From assembly GCA_041640575.1 (NCBI GenBank), contig JBEPZZ010000027.1, positions 1 to 23,553 of the forward strand: DNA of 23,553 bases, given 5' to 3'. Both the position numbers and the translations under genes were made by a program. Origin of the DNA: Pseudothermotoga sp. (lineage in GTDB: Bacteria > Thermotogota > Thermotogae > Thermotogales > DSM-5069). Each line of letters opens with the position of its first letter. Within the stretch, counting starts at the first letter, position 1. Shown in pieces: positions 8,384 through 17,813 of the stretch. The notes below the pieces were generated by a model. It saw only the letters and a program-made list of their open reading frames with translations, was not told the origin of the DNA and searched no databases.

Positions 8384-8411
8384 ATTTTACTATAATCCTT
8401 TCAAAAATCAA
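8384..8411 (-). promoter_or_regulatory. Putative promoter of the tRNA cluster
   Basis: On the minus strand, TTGATT-16 bp-TAAAAT; the -10 ends 15 bp before tRNA-Gly. Confidence 0.55.
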
Positions 8412-8781
8412 GACCTTGTATGAATTTTTACAGAAAAAGAACGCTAGAATGTCTACCCACTTCAAAGAGAACTAGCAAGCTTGATTTCAAGTTAAACCAA
8501 AGCAGCCAGCATTATACTATAAACTTAAAAATCAAAAATTGTGCTTACTTTTTGAAAGAAAAACCACATTTCTCAGAATTACAGTCCTTTAATATCCTTT
8601 TTTAAGTAAATTTAGTTACAAGGCATGGATTGTCTAATATCTTTGTTTCAACTTAATGACCGGAATTTGATCACGATAGTCAGCTTACATCTAAAAACAC
8701 ATACCGAAAATTCACCTGTTCTTGTTTACATCTATGCATTGTAGTTTAGCACAAATTGAGACAAGTTTGTGGAAGGTTTTT

Positions 8782-9330
8782 TTATGTAGTTGGTCCACTA
8801 TTTTGAGAATTATTTGTTTTTTGAAGTTGATCAGGCATCGTGAAGAACCCAACTATGGCAAGTATATTGCCAACGAAAATAAGTATCGCACCAACCAAGA
8901 TGACAAATAAAATAGCACCCCATTTGTACAGTGTCGCAACCGTGTTGAAAACTGGCACAGACAGTCGCTCGGCAAGCAACCTGTAAGCTTTAACGTAATA
9001 TACTGCGGCTACAATCGCAAGGGCAAGAATGACAATCGTTCCAGCTATCACGGTAGCGCCGGCACTGAAGATTCTTCCGCCAAGTATCATGAAAACACTA
9101 CCACCTAGGACTAACGGCAAGATGCCAATTGAAATAAACCACAAGATGACAGGTATCAGGAAAAACGAAAACACATTTGGATCTCCCACTATTTTAGAGA
9201 TGTTGCTTATACCCACAAGAAATAGTATCAAGCTAACCAAGCCCAATGCCCATCCTGCACCGGGGATAAAGCCAAGTAATCCCAACACCAAACCTACACC
9301 CGCAATAATTTTTGCTGTTTTTAAATCCAT
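8782..9330 (-). CDS. DUF996-like multi-pass membrane protein
   Basis: 182 aa with hydrophobic helices; AK..AG.G..L N-terminus and LY.WGAIL..ILVG..L...GFF.MP C-terminus typical of DUF996; GGGAGG RBS. Confidence 0.75.
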   Translation of the reverse strand: MDLKTAKIIAGVGLVLGLLGFIPGAGWALGLVSLILFLVGISNISKIVGDPNVFSFFLIPVILWFISIGILPLVLGGSVFMILGGRIFSAGATVIAGTIVILALAIVAAVYYVKAYRLLAERLSVPVFNTVATLYKWGAILFVILVGAILIFVGNILAIVGFFTMPDQLQKTNNSQNSGPTT

Positions 9331-9411
9331 AAGACAACCTCCCTTTAGGTATCAAGATATTACCATACTTTTCTAATTTTGTGTTGATAATTTTCTATTT
9401 CGAATAGATTC

Positions 9412-9440
9412 AATTTAAATTTTCAAATTAATTTAGTCAA
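9412..9440 (-). promoter_or_regulatory. Putative promoter for the DUF996-like gene
   Basis: Minus strand TTGACT-17 bp-TAAATT. Confidence 0.5.
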
Positions 9441-9460
9441 AACTAGCTCAGTTGATTTTC

Positions 9461-9489
9461 TTGACTGACTAAATATTTTTTGGTAAAAT
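9461..9489 (+). promoter_or_regulatory. Sigma70 promoter for the GGDEF gene
   Basis: TTGACT-17 bp-TAAAAT with an extended -10 TGn motif. Confidence 0.7.
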
Positions 9490-9528
9490 GATTTTAACAC
9501 AAACTTATGATAAATATGGTGATGCAAA

Positions 9529-11115
9529 ATGCTGCGAAAATATATAGCGTTACTTTGCCTCTCGTTTTCCATGTTTCTCGCCGTATATTTTGTTCTACTC
9601 TTGACTACCAAGCCATCAAAAAACGACTTGGTTTTCGAAACATGGACAGTCTTGGAAAACTCGCTGAACCTGAATCAGCATACTTTGCCTGGCACCTTCA
9701 ATTTTGCTCTAAACAAGCCTGGCTATGTGAAATTGCAATACAAATTGAGTGAATCTCAATTGGCGCTGCTCAAAGACACGGTACTCTATTTTTATTTGCC
9801 AAAACTTTCGGCGAACTATTTGGAAATTCATGTTGACGAACGCATAATAGGTTCTTTCGGTTGCGCAAGTAGGAGAACTGGTTACATATGGTATGAACCC
9901 CTAATCTTTATGCTTCCAAAAAATACGTCTAACTTGACGATATATCTCTACGGGATCAGCGAACTAGGCATAAATCAAAAAGCTTTTCTCACCTATTCGA
10001 CGCTTAAATATTCGTTCCTGGGTTTTCTAACGGGAACTGTCATTAAAATCTTGATCGGGGTTATTTTGTTCAATGGTCTAATGCTATTGGTTTTTGCCAG
10101 GAATATATACACAGCGCGTCGAGAAGGATACTTTTTTCTTGCTCTTGCAAACCTCTTCATAGCTATTTGGATGTTCAGAAATGTGAACTTCCAATTTTTT
10201 CAGAGTGAGTTCAACTTCTTGGTGTTTAGAAGGTTTTTCTTATCTTCAAGTGCTTTCGGATTCGCATTCTTATCCCAAGCACTGTCAAGCTTTTACTACT
10301 CAACCGCTACGAAACTTGATAAGTTCCTTCTGTTTTTAAATCTTGCCGCTGGAGTTGCTATTTCTGTGGTACCAAACTTCTTCCTCCTCACGGTATTGAT
10401 AACAAGAGTGTATGTTTTTATAATTCTTCTCAACGCATTTTTCATTCTCTACAAATCATTCAAGAGTTATTCCACACCCCTGTTTTTAACATGGTCCTTT
10501 TTTGCCATCACATTGATTGCCGACTCCGTGAATTTGCTGCTTCGTACAGGCCAAAGGTACTTGTCACCTTTCTCATTGCCTTTGGCAGTAGCTACCTTTT
10601 CTTACAACATTGTCATAGAATTCAAAGATCTTGTCACACGAGTCCACCTGGCTCATGCAAGAAGTATCACTGATCCTTTGACTGGTGCATATAACAGAGG
10701 AGTACTTAATGATCTTGTGCTTGAACCAACTGATACCGTTGTTTTTATTGATCTGAACGATTTGAAAAAGATAAACGATTTCTACGGCCACGATATGGGC
10801 GATCAGATTCTGAAAACCCTTGTTTCTGTAATTAGTTCTAACATCAGATCGAATGATGTCATTGTTAGAATGGGTGGAGACGAATTCATGGCAATCCTTA
10901 AAAACTGTCCTGAAGAAAAGGCAAAAGAGATAATGGAAGAAATAGCTCAGCAATTCGCAAATTCTCATGCCTTGAAGCCCACAATAGCCTTTGGTGTCAA
11001 AGCTTTCTCTAAGAGCTTGACGGAAACTATCAGACTTACTGATACACTCATGTATCAAATGAAATATCGATTAAAGTCACAACAGGATTCCTTTAAGTCC
11101 CAATCTCATGGTTAA
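9529..11115 (+). CDS. Membrane-bound diguanylate cyclase (extracytoplasmic sensor + multi-TM + GGDEF)
   Basis: N-terminal TM, beta-rich extracellular segment, ~7 TM helices, then TDPLTGAYNR, FIDLNDLKKINDFYGHDMGD, I-site RSND and RMGGDEF. Confidence 0.92.
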   Translation: MLRKYIALLCLSFSMFLAVYFVLLLTTKPSKNDLVFETWTVLENSLNLNQHTLPGTFNFALNKPGYVKLQYKLSESQLALLKDTVLYFYLPKLSANYLEIHVDERIIGSFGCASRRTGYIWYEPLIFMLPKNTSNLTIYLYGISELGINQKAFLTYSTLKYSFLGFLTGTVIKILIGVILFNGLMLLVFARNIYTARREGYFFLALANLFIAIWMFRNVNFQFFQSEFNFLVFRRFFLSSSAFGFAFLSQALSSFYYSTATKLDKFLLFLNLAAGVAISVVPNFFLLTVLITRVYVFIILLNAFFILYKSFKSYSTPLFLTWSFFAITLIADSVNLLLRTGQRYLSPFSLPLAVATFSYNIVIEFKDLVTRVHLAHARSITDPLTGAYNRGVLNDLVLEPTDTVVFIDLNDLKKINDFYGHDMGDQILKTLVSVISSNIRSNDVIVRMGGDEFMAILKNCPEEKAKEIMEEIAQQFANSHALKPTIAFGVKAFSKSLTETIRLTDTLMYQMKYRLKSQQDSFKSQSHG

Positions 11116-12263
11116 AATGTGACTATCTCAAGATTGCTTATACCTTGTTCAATCAACCTATCAATATCCAATTTTTCTTCATATTTGTGAATGTTATAAA
11201 GTCTTGGTTTTGTTTCTGGATTTTTCGGAACAAAAATGCTGCAACAATCAGCATATGGTTCTATCGATATCTCGTAAGTACCTATTCTTTTAGCAATATC
11301 GATTATTTCCGTCTTATCGAACCCAATCAGAGGCCTAAGTATTGGTACTTTAGCAGCATCATCGATTGAGACTATGGATTCCATTGTTTGACTTGCAACC
11401 TGCCCTAAACTCTCACCAGTCACCAAAGCCTTTGCATTAATTTTCTTCGCTATCTGCTCCGAAATTCTGATCATCATTCGACGCATCATTATAGTCAAGT
11501 AATCGTTTGGACATTTGTCGGCTAATTCCTTTATCACATCGGTAAAATTGACTACAAACAAACTCGTTTCTCCATTGTATTCAGAAAGTATTTTACAAAG
11601 TCTAATCACTTTTTCTTTGGCTCTATCACTGGTGAAAGGGAAACTGTGAAAGTATATTGCATCAACTTTTGCGCCTCTTTTCATCATTAAATATCCCGCC
11701 ACAGGACTGTCAATACCTCCGGAAAGCAAAAGCAAAGCTTTGCCATTTGTGCCTACCGGAAGACCACCCGGACCCGGTGCTTTCTCACAGTAAACGAAAG
11801 CTTTTTCCCTTATTTCTACATGAACTGTGATGTCTGGGTTATGAACGTCTACTCTTAGGCCGGGGAAATTTTTCAGAACATGCTCACCGACAATTTTATT
11901 CACCTGCAACGAGTCGTACGGAAATGACTTGTTAGGTCTTCTACATTCGATTTTGAAAGTTTTCCCCTCAAGATGCATTTCGCTTAAGACGTTCACAGCT
12001 GCGTTCTTGATAGATTCCAAGTCCAGTTCACATTGCAAACTGAGTGCAATCGCCTTTATACCGAAGACTTTTCTGAGTCTCATCAGCACTTCTTGCCTTG
12101 GCGCATTGGTTTCGACGTATATTCTTCCTCGCGTCTTTCTAACTCGAACTGTCTCAAAACGATTCAAGACCTCTCTTATTCTCCGTATTAAGGTATCTTC
12201 GAAAAACCATCTGTTGGCACCCTTCAAACCAATTTCTGCGTAACTAACCAGATATAGATTCAT
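11112..12263 (-). CDS. thiI: tRNA 4-thiouridine(8) synthase ThiI, short form without rhodanese domain
   Basis: YAEIGLKG.NR N-terminus, THUMP domain, PP-loop LLSGGIDSPVA, GESLGQVASQT and DCC motif; 383 aa. Confidence 0.95.
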   Translation of the reverse strand: MNLYLVSYAEIGLKGANRWFFEDTLIRRIREVLNRFETVRVRKTRGRIYVETNAPRQEVLMRLRKVFGIKAIALSLQCELDLESIKNAAVNVLSEMHLEGKTFKIECRRPNKSFPYDSLQVNKIVGEHVLKNFPGLRVDVHNPDITVHVEIREKAFVYCEKAPGPGGLPVGTNGKALLLLSGGIDSPVAGYLMMKRGAKVDAIYFHSFPFTSDRAKEKVIRLCKILSEYNGETSLFVVNFTDVIKELADKCPNDYLTIMMRRMMIRISEQIAKKINAKALVTGESLGQVASQTMESIVSIDDAAKVPILRPLIGFDKTEIIDIAKRIGTYEISIEPYADCCSIFVPKNPETKPRLYNIHKYEEKLDIDRLIEQGISNLEIVTF

Positions 12264-13417
12264 TTTGACCTCCTTGAATATTTTCTAAGTTCTTCAACTT
12301 GTTTACTTAGGACATCAACTGTGTAATCAATATCATCTATTTCCAAAAAAGGCGATAAGCTGAAGCGAATTGCACTTTCGCTTTCTCCGTTGTTTTTACC
12401 CATTGCGATGAGAACATGACTTCTTTTTCCCTTTCGTGAAACGCACGCAGATGCTGTTGAAACGTAAACACCATGCATTTCGAGCGAGTGTAGAAGTACC
12501 TCAGCTTTTACACCCAAGAACGATAGATTCAAAATATGTGGTGCCCCATCTTCGGGGCCATTCAAAACTGTACCATCTATTTGTGAAAGTATGGCATCTT
12601 TGAGGCGAATTTTCAACTCCTTCATGTGTTTATTCCAGTCAGCAAAATTTTTCGAAACAAGTTCCATAGCTGCTGAGAATCCAGCGATACCAGGCACATT
12701 CTCTGTACCAGGTCTCAGGCCTCGCTCTTGTCCACCACCACTGAAAAGCGGAAGAATTTTTGTCCCTTCTCTTACAAACAGCGCTCCAACACCCTTTGGG
12801 CCATGTATTTTGTGTGCACTGATGCTCATAAGATGTATTCCATGCAAAGATGGTATCAAAGGAATCTTTCCAAAGGCTTGAACTGCATCAACGTGGAGAA
12901 CGATGTTTTTGTGCTGAGATACGATATCGGCAATCTCTTCTATTGGTTGAATCGAACCGACTTCATTATTGACATACATTATGCTGATCAAAATGGTTTC
13001 CTCTCGTATAGCTCTTTTAAGTTCTCCAAGATCTACATGCCCCTCTTTATCTACCGAGACGTATGTTACCGAAAAACCTTCTTTCTCCAAGTCTTTGAAA
13101 GCTTCTAGAACCGATGGATGTTCAATTAGACTTGTGATCAAATGGTTACCATCGCGCTTTTTGGCATAAGCAACACCTTTTATTGCCAAATTGTTTGATT
13201 CTGTCCCACCAGAGGTGAAGTAAATCTCATTTGATTTTACTTGGAGAAATTTTGCCAGTCTTTCTCTTGCTTCGGTGACAATTTTTTCAGCTGCCATGCC
13301 TAATCGATGCAATGAAGCCGGGTTTCCGTAGTAAACCGTTAAGGCATTTACCATAGCCTCAACAACTTCTTTTGTCACCTTTGTCGTGCTACTGTTGTCC
13401 AAGTAAACTTCCCTCAC
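12260..13417 (-). CDS. Cysteine desulfurase (NifS/IscS family, NifZ-like partner of ThiI)
   Basis: YLDNSSTT, FTSGGTESNN, HVDAVQAFGK, PLP lysine SAHKIHGPKG and catalytic Cys in STASAC. The GGGAG RBS favours GTG 13417 over 13483. Overlaps thiI by 4 bp. Confidence 0.93.
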   Translation of the reverse strand: MREVYLDNSSTTKVTKEVVEAMVNALTVYYGNPASLHRLGMAAEKIVTEARERLAKFLQVKSNEIYFTSGGTESNNLAIKGVAYAKKRDGNHLITSLIEHPSVLEAFKDLEKEGFSVTYVSVDKEGHVDLGELKRAIREETILISIMYVNNEVGSIQPIEEIADIVSQHKNIVLHVDAVQAFGKIPLIPSLHGIHLMSISAHKIHGPKGVGALFVREGTKILPLFSGGGQERGLRPGTENVPGIAGFSAAMELVSKNFADWNKHMKELKIRLKDAILSQIDGTVLNGPEDGAPHILNLSFLGVKAEVLLHSLEMHGVYVSTASACVSRKGKRSHVLIAMGKNNGESESAIRFSLSPFLEIDDIDYTVDVLSKQVEELRKYSRRSK

Positions 13418-13490
13418 GATAACACTCCCTTGCCGAACCGACATGGGGAAAAGGTTTTTACATGTAAACAGCTTTTTTGTCACAAAAAAT

Positions 13491-13520
13491 ATTTTAACAA
13501 CATCTTGACTTGCAGGACAA
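13491..13520 (-). promoter_or_regulatory. Putative promoter of the desulfurase-thiI operon
   Basis: Minus strand TTGTCC-18 bp-TAAAAT with a TGn extension. Confidence 0.5.
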
Positions 13521-13760
13521 GTATTCCAAAGTCCCAGTTAGGTTTTCCTTTCAGTAACGGGCGATTAACTAAGCAGTTTTACATATATTTGTAATTTGTA
13601 TGAAAGATGTTCTTGATTGAAAAAGCAAGAAAACTTTAGAAAAAAGAAGTTTAAGGAAGAAAGTTAGGATTGAAATGAAGATAAATGAAAAAAGTGCCGA
13701 AAAATTTGAGCTAGATCAATTTGCCTTCAAATGTTAATTGGTGTTTAATCTACAATGGTA

Positions 13761-13777
13761 ATCTTTCTCAGAAAGAT
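13761..13777. promoter_or_regulatory. Perfect 17-bp palindrome, candidate operator of the ABC operon
   Basis: ATCTTTCT-C-AGAAAGAT, just downstream of a possible TTGCCT-17-TTTAAT promoter (13721-13749). Confidence 0.5.
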
Positions 13778-13905
13778 AGAATTACCGTTAAACCGTGATG
13801 CGTTCAACTTATGCTATATGCAAAGATCACGTTATCAGCAACATTGTTAGTAACGCTTGCTTGGAAAATTTTGCTTAATTCAAGAAATTTGAAGTTCAAT
13901 TTGGA

Positions 13906-13922
13906 TTTATCCTCAGGATAAA
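13906..13922. promoter_or_regulatory. Perfect 17-bp palindrome, second candidate operator
   Basis: TTTATCCT-C-AGGATAAA, with the same CTCAG core as 13761-13777. Confidence 0.5.
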
Positions 13923-14006
13923 CGTAGATTCTTTATCCATTACAAACGTTAACGTCAGTTTAGCAAGAAAAGTTTTGTTCACATTATGCTAAATGGGGGT
14001 GATTTG

Positions 14007-15803
14007 ATGTGGCGTAGGAAAGTAGGGTTGCTTGCGTTCATCCTGATGATTGGTGTTTTTGTCAGCGCACAAAACATGGCGGTTTGGAGCAGCGAATGGG
14101 CTTGCCCAGGTTGGAATCCTTTGCTACCTGGTCCAAAGTCTTGGGGTCATGCGCACATGTATCCATCACTTTTCATATACTCAGACCTTCAAGATAGGTG
14201 GATCCCATACCTAGCTGAAGGATATCGTTGGGTGGACAAACGCACATTTGAAGTCACGCTGAGGCCACAGGCTAAATGGTGGGATGGAAAACCCATCACA
14301 TCAGCCGATGTTGTTTTCACTTGGGAATTAGGTAAACGGCATCTGACACCGTGGACACCAGCGTGGGATTATCTAGAAAGTGTCAAGGCAGTCAATGAAA
14401 GAACAGTACAATTTATTCTCAAAGATCCTCCAAATTATTTCGCATTACTTGGCTCAATTGGCGCGATAAACGACTATGTCATCGTTCCTAAACATCGCTG
14501 GGAGGTTTTGGAAGCGAAATACGGTTCCAAACTGGCTGTTGACTTTAGAGATGACGTTCCATCCGAAATAATCGGTGGTGGGCCGTACAGATTGGTTCAA
14601 TGGGATCCAGAATTTTGGGTATATGAAAGAGTTGAAAATTGGTGGGGTAAAGACATATTTGGTGTACCAGCTGTTCCAAGAATAGCTCACAGGCTTTTCA
14701 AGGATAACCCAGCGGTTAACCTAGCCTTTGAAATGCTCGAGTTAGACGCTATTGGTCACTTCACGCCCGCAGTTTGGGAATTGTGGAAGACAAAGAAACT
14801 TCCAATCAGAACTTACTATGCAGAACCTCCATACTACATAGGTGGAAATGTCATACTTCTTTACATGAATTTCGCACGTCCTGCTCTTAACAACCCTGTT
14901 GTCAGAAGGGCAATTGCACATGCTATTCCATTTAAGGATTTGATTGATATAGCTTACTTTGGCTACAGTATTCAAGCTCATCCATCCGCTATCATGCATA
15001 CTTCTCCAGCAGCGATGTACATAGACAAGGAATTGGAGCAGAAATACGGATTCACATATGATTTAAAGAAAGCTGCCAAGATTCTTGACGATGCTGGAAT
15101 CATCGATCGTGACGGCGATGGTACGAGAGAAATGCCAGATGGCACAAAACTTGGTCCATGGTACATCGAGGTCCCGTACGGATGGACAGACTGGATGATG
15201 ATGTGTGACATGATTGCTGAAAATCTTCGCAAGATAGGTATAAACGTCACAGCTAGGTTCCCAGATTTCGCAGTCTGGGAGTCCAATGCTCACGAAGGTC
15301 GATTCGATTTGATTATAAGATGGTCTGCGAACATCGGATTTGACCATCCATGGAATGTATATCGAGTTTTGATGGATCCTCGTATGACCGGTCCAGTTGG
15401 CCAAGCCTTCCCGGCAGGTAACTGGCATCGATATATGAATAATGCTGTAATTCCAATTTTGGATGCTATTCCAAGTGAACCTGACCCCACAAAAGTTGTC
15501 GGTTACTACAAATCACTACAAAAAATCTTCCTCGAGGATGTAGTTGCCGTTCCACTGTTCTACGGCGCAGTATGGTATGCATTCTCAGAGAACCGGTGGG
15601 TAGGATGGCCAAAAGCTGAGAATCCCGAAAGATGGACAGCTCAAATCTTCTCTGGGCCGTGGTCACAAAGCACTACTCCAACTCTATTTGGTTTAGTTCC
15701 AAAGGGACAAGATCCTCAACAATCTGCATTCTACAAATATTGGCTCCCGAAGGCCTTCAAGACTGAGAAGATCTGGCAAGATTTTGCAAAAGTTGCAAAA
15801 TAA
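14007..15803 (+). CDS. Family 5 (Opp/Dpp-type) ABC substrate-binding protein, BglE/TM0031-like beta-glucoside (cellobiose/laminari-oligosaccharide) binder
   Basis: Signal peptide; WWDGKPITSADVVFT. The segments WWGKDIFG, VWELW, AYFGY.SQAHPS-like, GTKLGP..I.VPYGWTDWMMMC.MIA.NLR.IGI and FDHP.N.YR match my recollection of T. maritima TM0031. The RBS favours ATG 14007. Confidence 0.85.
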   Translation: MWRRKVGLLAFILMIGVFVSAQNMAVWSSEWACPGWNPLLPGPKSWGHAHMYPSLFIYSDLQDRWIPYLAEGYRWVDKRTFEVTLRPQAKWWDGKPITSADVVFTWELGKRHLTPWTPAWDYLESVKAVNERTVQFILKDPPNYFALLGSIGAINDYVIVPKHRWEVLEAKYGSKLAVDFRDDVPSEIIGGGPYRLVQWDPEFWVYERVENWWGKDIFGVPAVPRIAHRLFKDNPAVNLAFEMLELDAIGHFTPAVWELWKTKKLPIRTYYAEPPYYIGGNVILLYMNFARPALNNPVVRRAIAHAIPFKDLIDIAYFGYSIQAHPSAIMHTSPAAMYIDKELEQKYGFTYDLKKAAKILDDAGIIDRDGDGTREMPDGTKLGPWYIEVPYGWTDWMMMCDMIAENLRKIGINVTARFPDFAVWESNAHEGRFDLIIRWSANIGFDHPWNVYRVLMDPRMTGPVGQAFPAGNWHRYMNNAVIPILDAIPSEPDPTKVVGYYKSLQKIFLEDVVAVPLFYGAVWYAFSENRWVGWPKAENPERWTAQIFSGPWSQSTTPTLFGLVPKGQDPQQSAFYKYWLPKAFKTEKIWQDFAKVAK

Positions 15804-15829
15804 CGGTCACGCAGTAGTAAAATACAGTT

Positions 15830-15863
15830 AATCGGCCGGGGCTTCGAAAACCCGGCCGGTTTT
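15830..15863 (+). terminator. Intercistronic GC-rich stem-loop after the SBP gene (attenuator or mRNA stabiliser)
   Basis: CGGCCGGG-GCTTCGAAAA-CCCGGCCG followed by GTTTT. Confidence 0.7.
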
Positions 15864-15919
15864 AAAATTTCTAGACGGCTTTTCACTTTAAGGCGTCTTA
15901 ATTCTGGAGGGTTAAAGGA

Positions 15920-16966
15920 ATGAAAATATTGAAATGGTTAAGTGAAGTTCTCAGACAGAGAAAGACATTTCTTTTTTATATAATTCGTCGACTTGCATTT
16001 GCCGTTGCAACCTGGTTTGCCTTCACCTTGCTTATCTTTATCCTACCGAGAATTATTCCGGGTAATCCTGTAGCGGTGTTACTTGGTAACCTTGCAGCAA
16101 GAGGTCAAACTAATCCTGAAGCTATAAAAGAAGTATATCGTAAGTTTATGGAAGAGTTCGGGTTAGGATTACCGATTTGGCGGCAATTTACCAATTATCT
16201 TGCAAACATATTTAAAGGCGATCTAGGGACTTCGATAAACTTTTTCCCACAAAAGGTTGTGGATATCATAAAGGCATATATGCCATGGACTGTGGCTTTA
16301 CTATTACCAGCAACAATCATAGGTTGGTTGCTGGGTAATTATTTGGGAGCACTTGTTGCCTGGAGAAAAAATTTAGATAGAGTCGCTACACCAATTTTTC
16401 TTGTTGTCTCACAGACACCTTTTTACTGGTTTGCAATGTTGTTTCTATTTGCGTTTGCAGTAAGATGGAGAGTATTTCCCATAGGAGGAACCTTTCGATG
16501 GGGTTTAGAACCATCGTTGAGTTGGGAATTTCTTGGAAATTATCTTTATCATTACTTCTTGCCTTTTGCTAGCTTGGTGTTGGTTTCAATAGGTGGCTGG
16601 GCAATAGGTATGCGCAGCATGATGATTTATGAACTTAGAGCAGATTACATATTATTTGCCGAGACATTGGGACTACCTAAACGTTATCTTCTCAGGTATG
16701 CCTTCCGTTCTGCTATGCTACCTCAGGTAACAGGACTAGCCCTAAACTTTGGTTTGATGCTTGGCGGTTCGCTTTTGGTAGAACTGGTCTTCAATTATCG
16801 AGGGATGGGATACATTACATTCAGAGCGTTAACTACCCTTGATTATCCTCTGATCCAAGGCATCTTTATAATTCTGATAAGCACTGTAATTCTTGCCAAC
16901 TTAATTATTGATGTTCTTTACGGTTTCATAGACCCAAGAATCAGAACGGGGCACTCGGGAGGATGA
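15920..16966 (+). CDS. ABC transporter permease, DppB/OppB family
   Basis: IPGNPV, GDLGTS, DYILFAETLGL (EAA-like loop), LVELVFNYRG and DPRIR. Confidence 0.93.
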   Translation: MKILKWLSEVLRQRKTFLFYIIRRLAFAVATWFAFTLLIFILPRIIPGNPVAVLLGNLAARGQTNPEAIKEVYRKFMEEFGLGLPIWRQFTNYLANIFKGDLGTSINFFPQKVVDIIKAYMPWTVALLLPATIIGWLLGNYLGALVAWRKNLDRVATPIFLVVSQTPFYWFAMLFLFAFAVRWRVFPIGGTFRWGLEPSLSWEFLGNYLYHYFLPFASLVLVSIGGWAIGMRSMMIYELRADYILFAETLGLPKRYLLRYAFRSAMLPQVTGLALNFGLMLGGSLLVELVFNYRGMGYITFRALTTLDYPLIQGIFIILISTVILANLIIDVLYGFIDPRIRTGHSGG

Positions 16967-16970
16967 TAAA

Positions 16971-17813
16971 ATGCCAAATAAGCAGAGAATTAAGCGAAGA
17001 ATCAATGTCAAATTGATTGTTAGCCTAAGTTTGTTACTTTTTGTCGTTCTTGTTGGCATCCTAGGGCCGCTTTTTTACAGAGTCAATCCCTTATCAGTTG
17101 TGGGCCGACCGGGTAGCCCTCCATCAGAGAAGCATCCTCTAGGCACCGACGCGCGTGGTCGAGATGTACTAGCGCAGTTGCTACTTAGTACAAGAACATC
17201 CGTGTTCATAGGTACTATTGCAGCATGCATCTCGCTTGCAATTGGTGTGCTTGTTGGAGTTACGGCTGGTTATAAGGGAGGAATCTTAGACGATGTACTG
17301 ATGCTCATCACTAATATCATGTTGACCTTACCCCCAATTTTGCTTTTACTTTTAGTGGCTGTTTTCATAGCTGTTCGCAGCCGTGCTGTGGTAGCAGTGC
17401 TGATTGGCCTTACGTCATGGCCTTGGGTAGCTAGAGCAGTAAGAGCTCAAATAATGTCTTTAAAGGAACGACAATTTGTTTTGTTGACCAAAATGGCAGG
17501 CTTCAATAGCCTTCGAATAGTTCTAGGTGATCTTTTGCCAAACATGTATTCTTATATTGTTATGGCTTTTGTTCTTCTAATGTCTGGTGCGATTTTGGCC
17601 GAGGCAGGTATAAGCATGATTGGGGTCGGTTTAACTGAAGGTACCTCGCTTGGTGTCATGCTTTTTTGGGCTCAATCTTTCGAAGCCGTCCGCCGTGGTT
17701 TGTACTGGTGGTTCGTTCCACCTGGAGTACTTTTGGTATGTTTGACTTCGTCATTACTTTTGTTATCTACTGCTCTAGACGAATATTTTAACCCTAGACT
17801 TAGGGAGCGATGA
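16971..17813 (+). CDS. ABC transporter permease, DppC/OppC family
   Basis: HPLGTDARGRDVL, ARAVRAQIMSLKERQFV, WWFVPPG and NPRLR. Confidence 0.93.
   Translation: MPNKQRIKRRINVKLIVSLSLLLFVVLVGILGPLFYRVNPLSVVGRPGSPPSEKHPLGTDARGRDVLAQLLLSTRTSVFIGTIAACISLAIGVLVGVTAGYKGGILDDVLMLITNIMLTLPPILLLLLVAVFIAVRSRAVVAVLIGLTSWPWVARAVRAQIMSLKERQFVLLTKMAGFNSLRIVLGDLLPNMYSYIVMAFVLLMSGAILAEAGISMIGVGLTEGTSLGVMLFWAQSFEAVRRGLYWWFVPPGVLLVCLTSSLLLLSTALDEYFNPRLRER

Noticed and set aside
13600..13738. Purine-rich stretch resembling a decayed coding fragment, such as a lost regulator
   Set aside because: All three + frames are interrupted by stops and carry no recognisable motif.
13420..14000. Riboswitch (TPP or SAM) upstream of desulfurase-thiI or the ABC operon
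   Set aside because: I found no TPP or SAM-I consensus core with supporting stems on the relevant strands.
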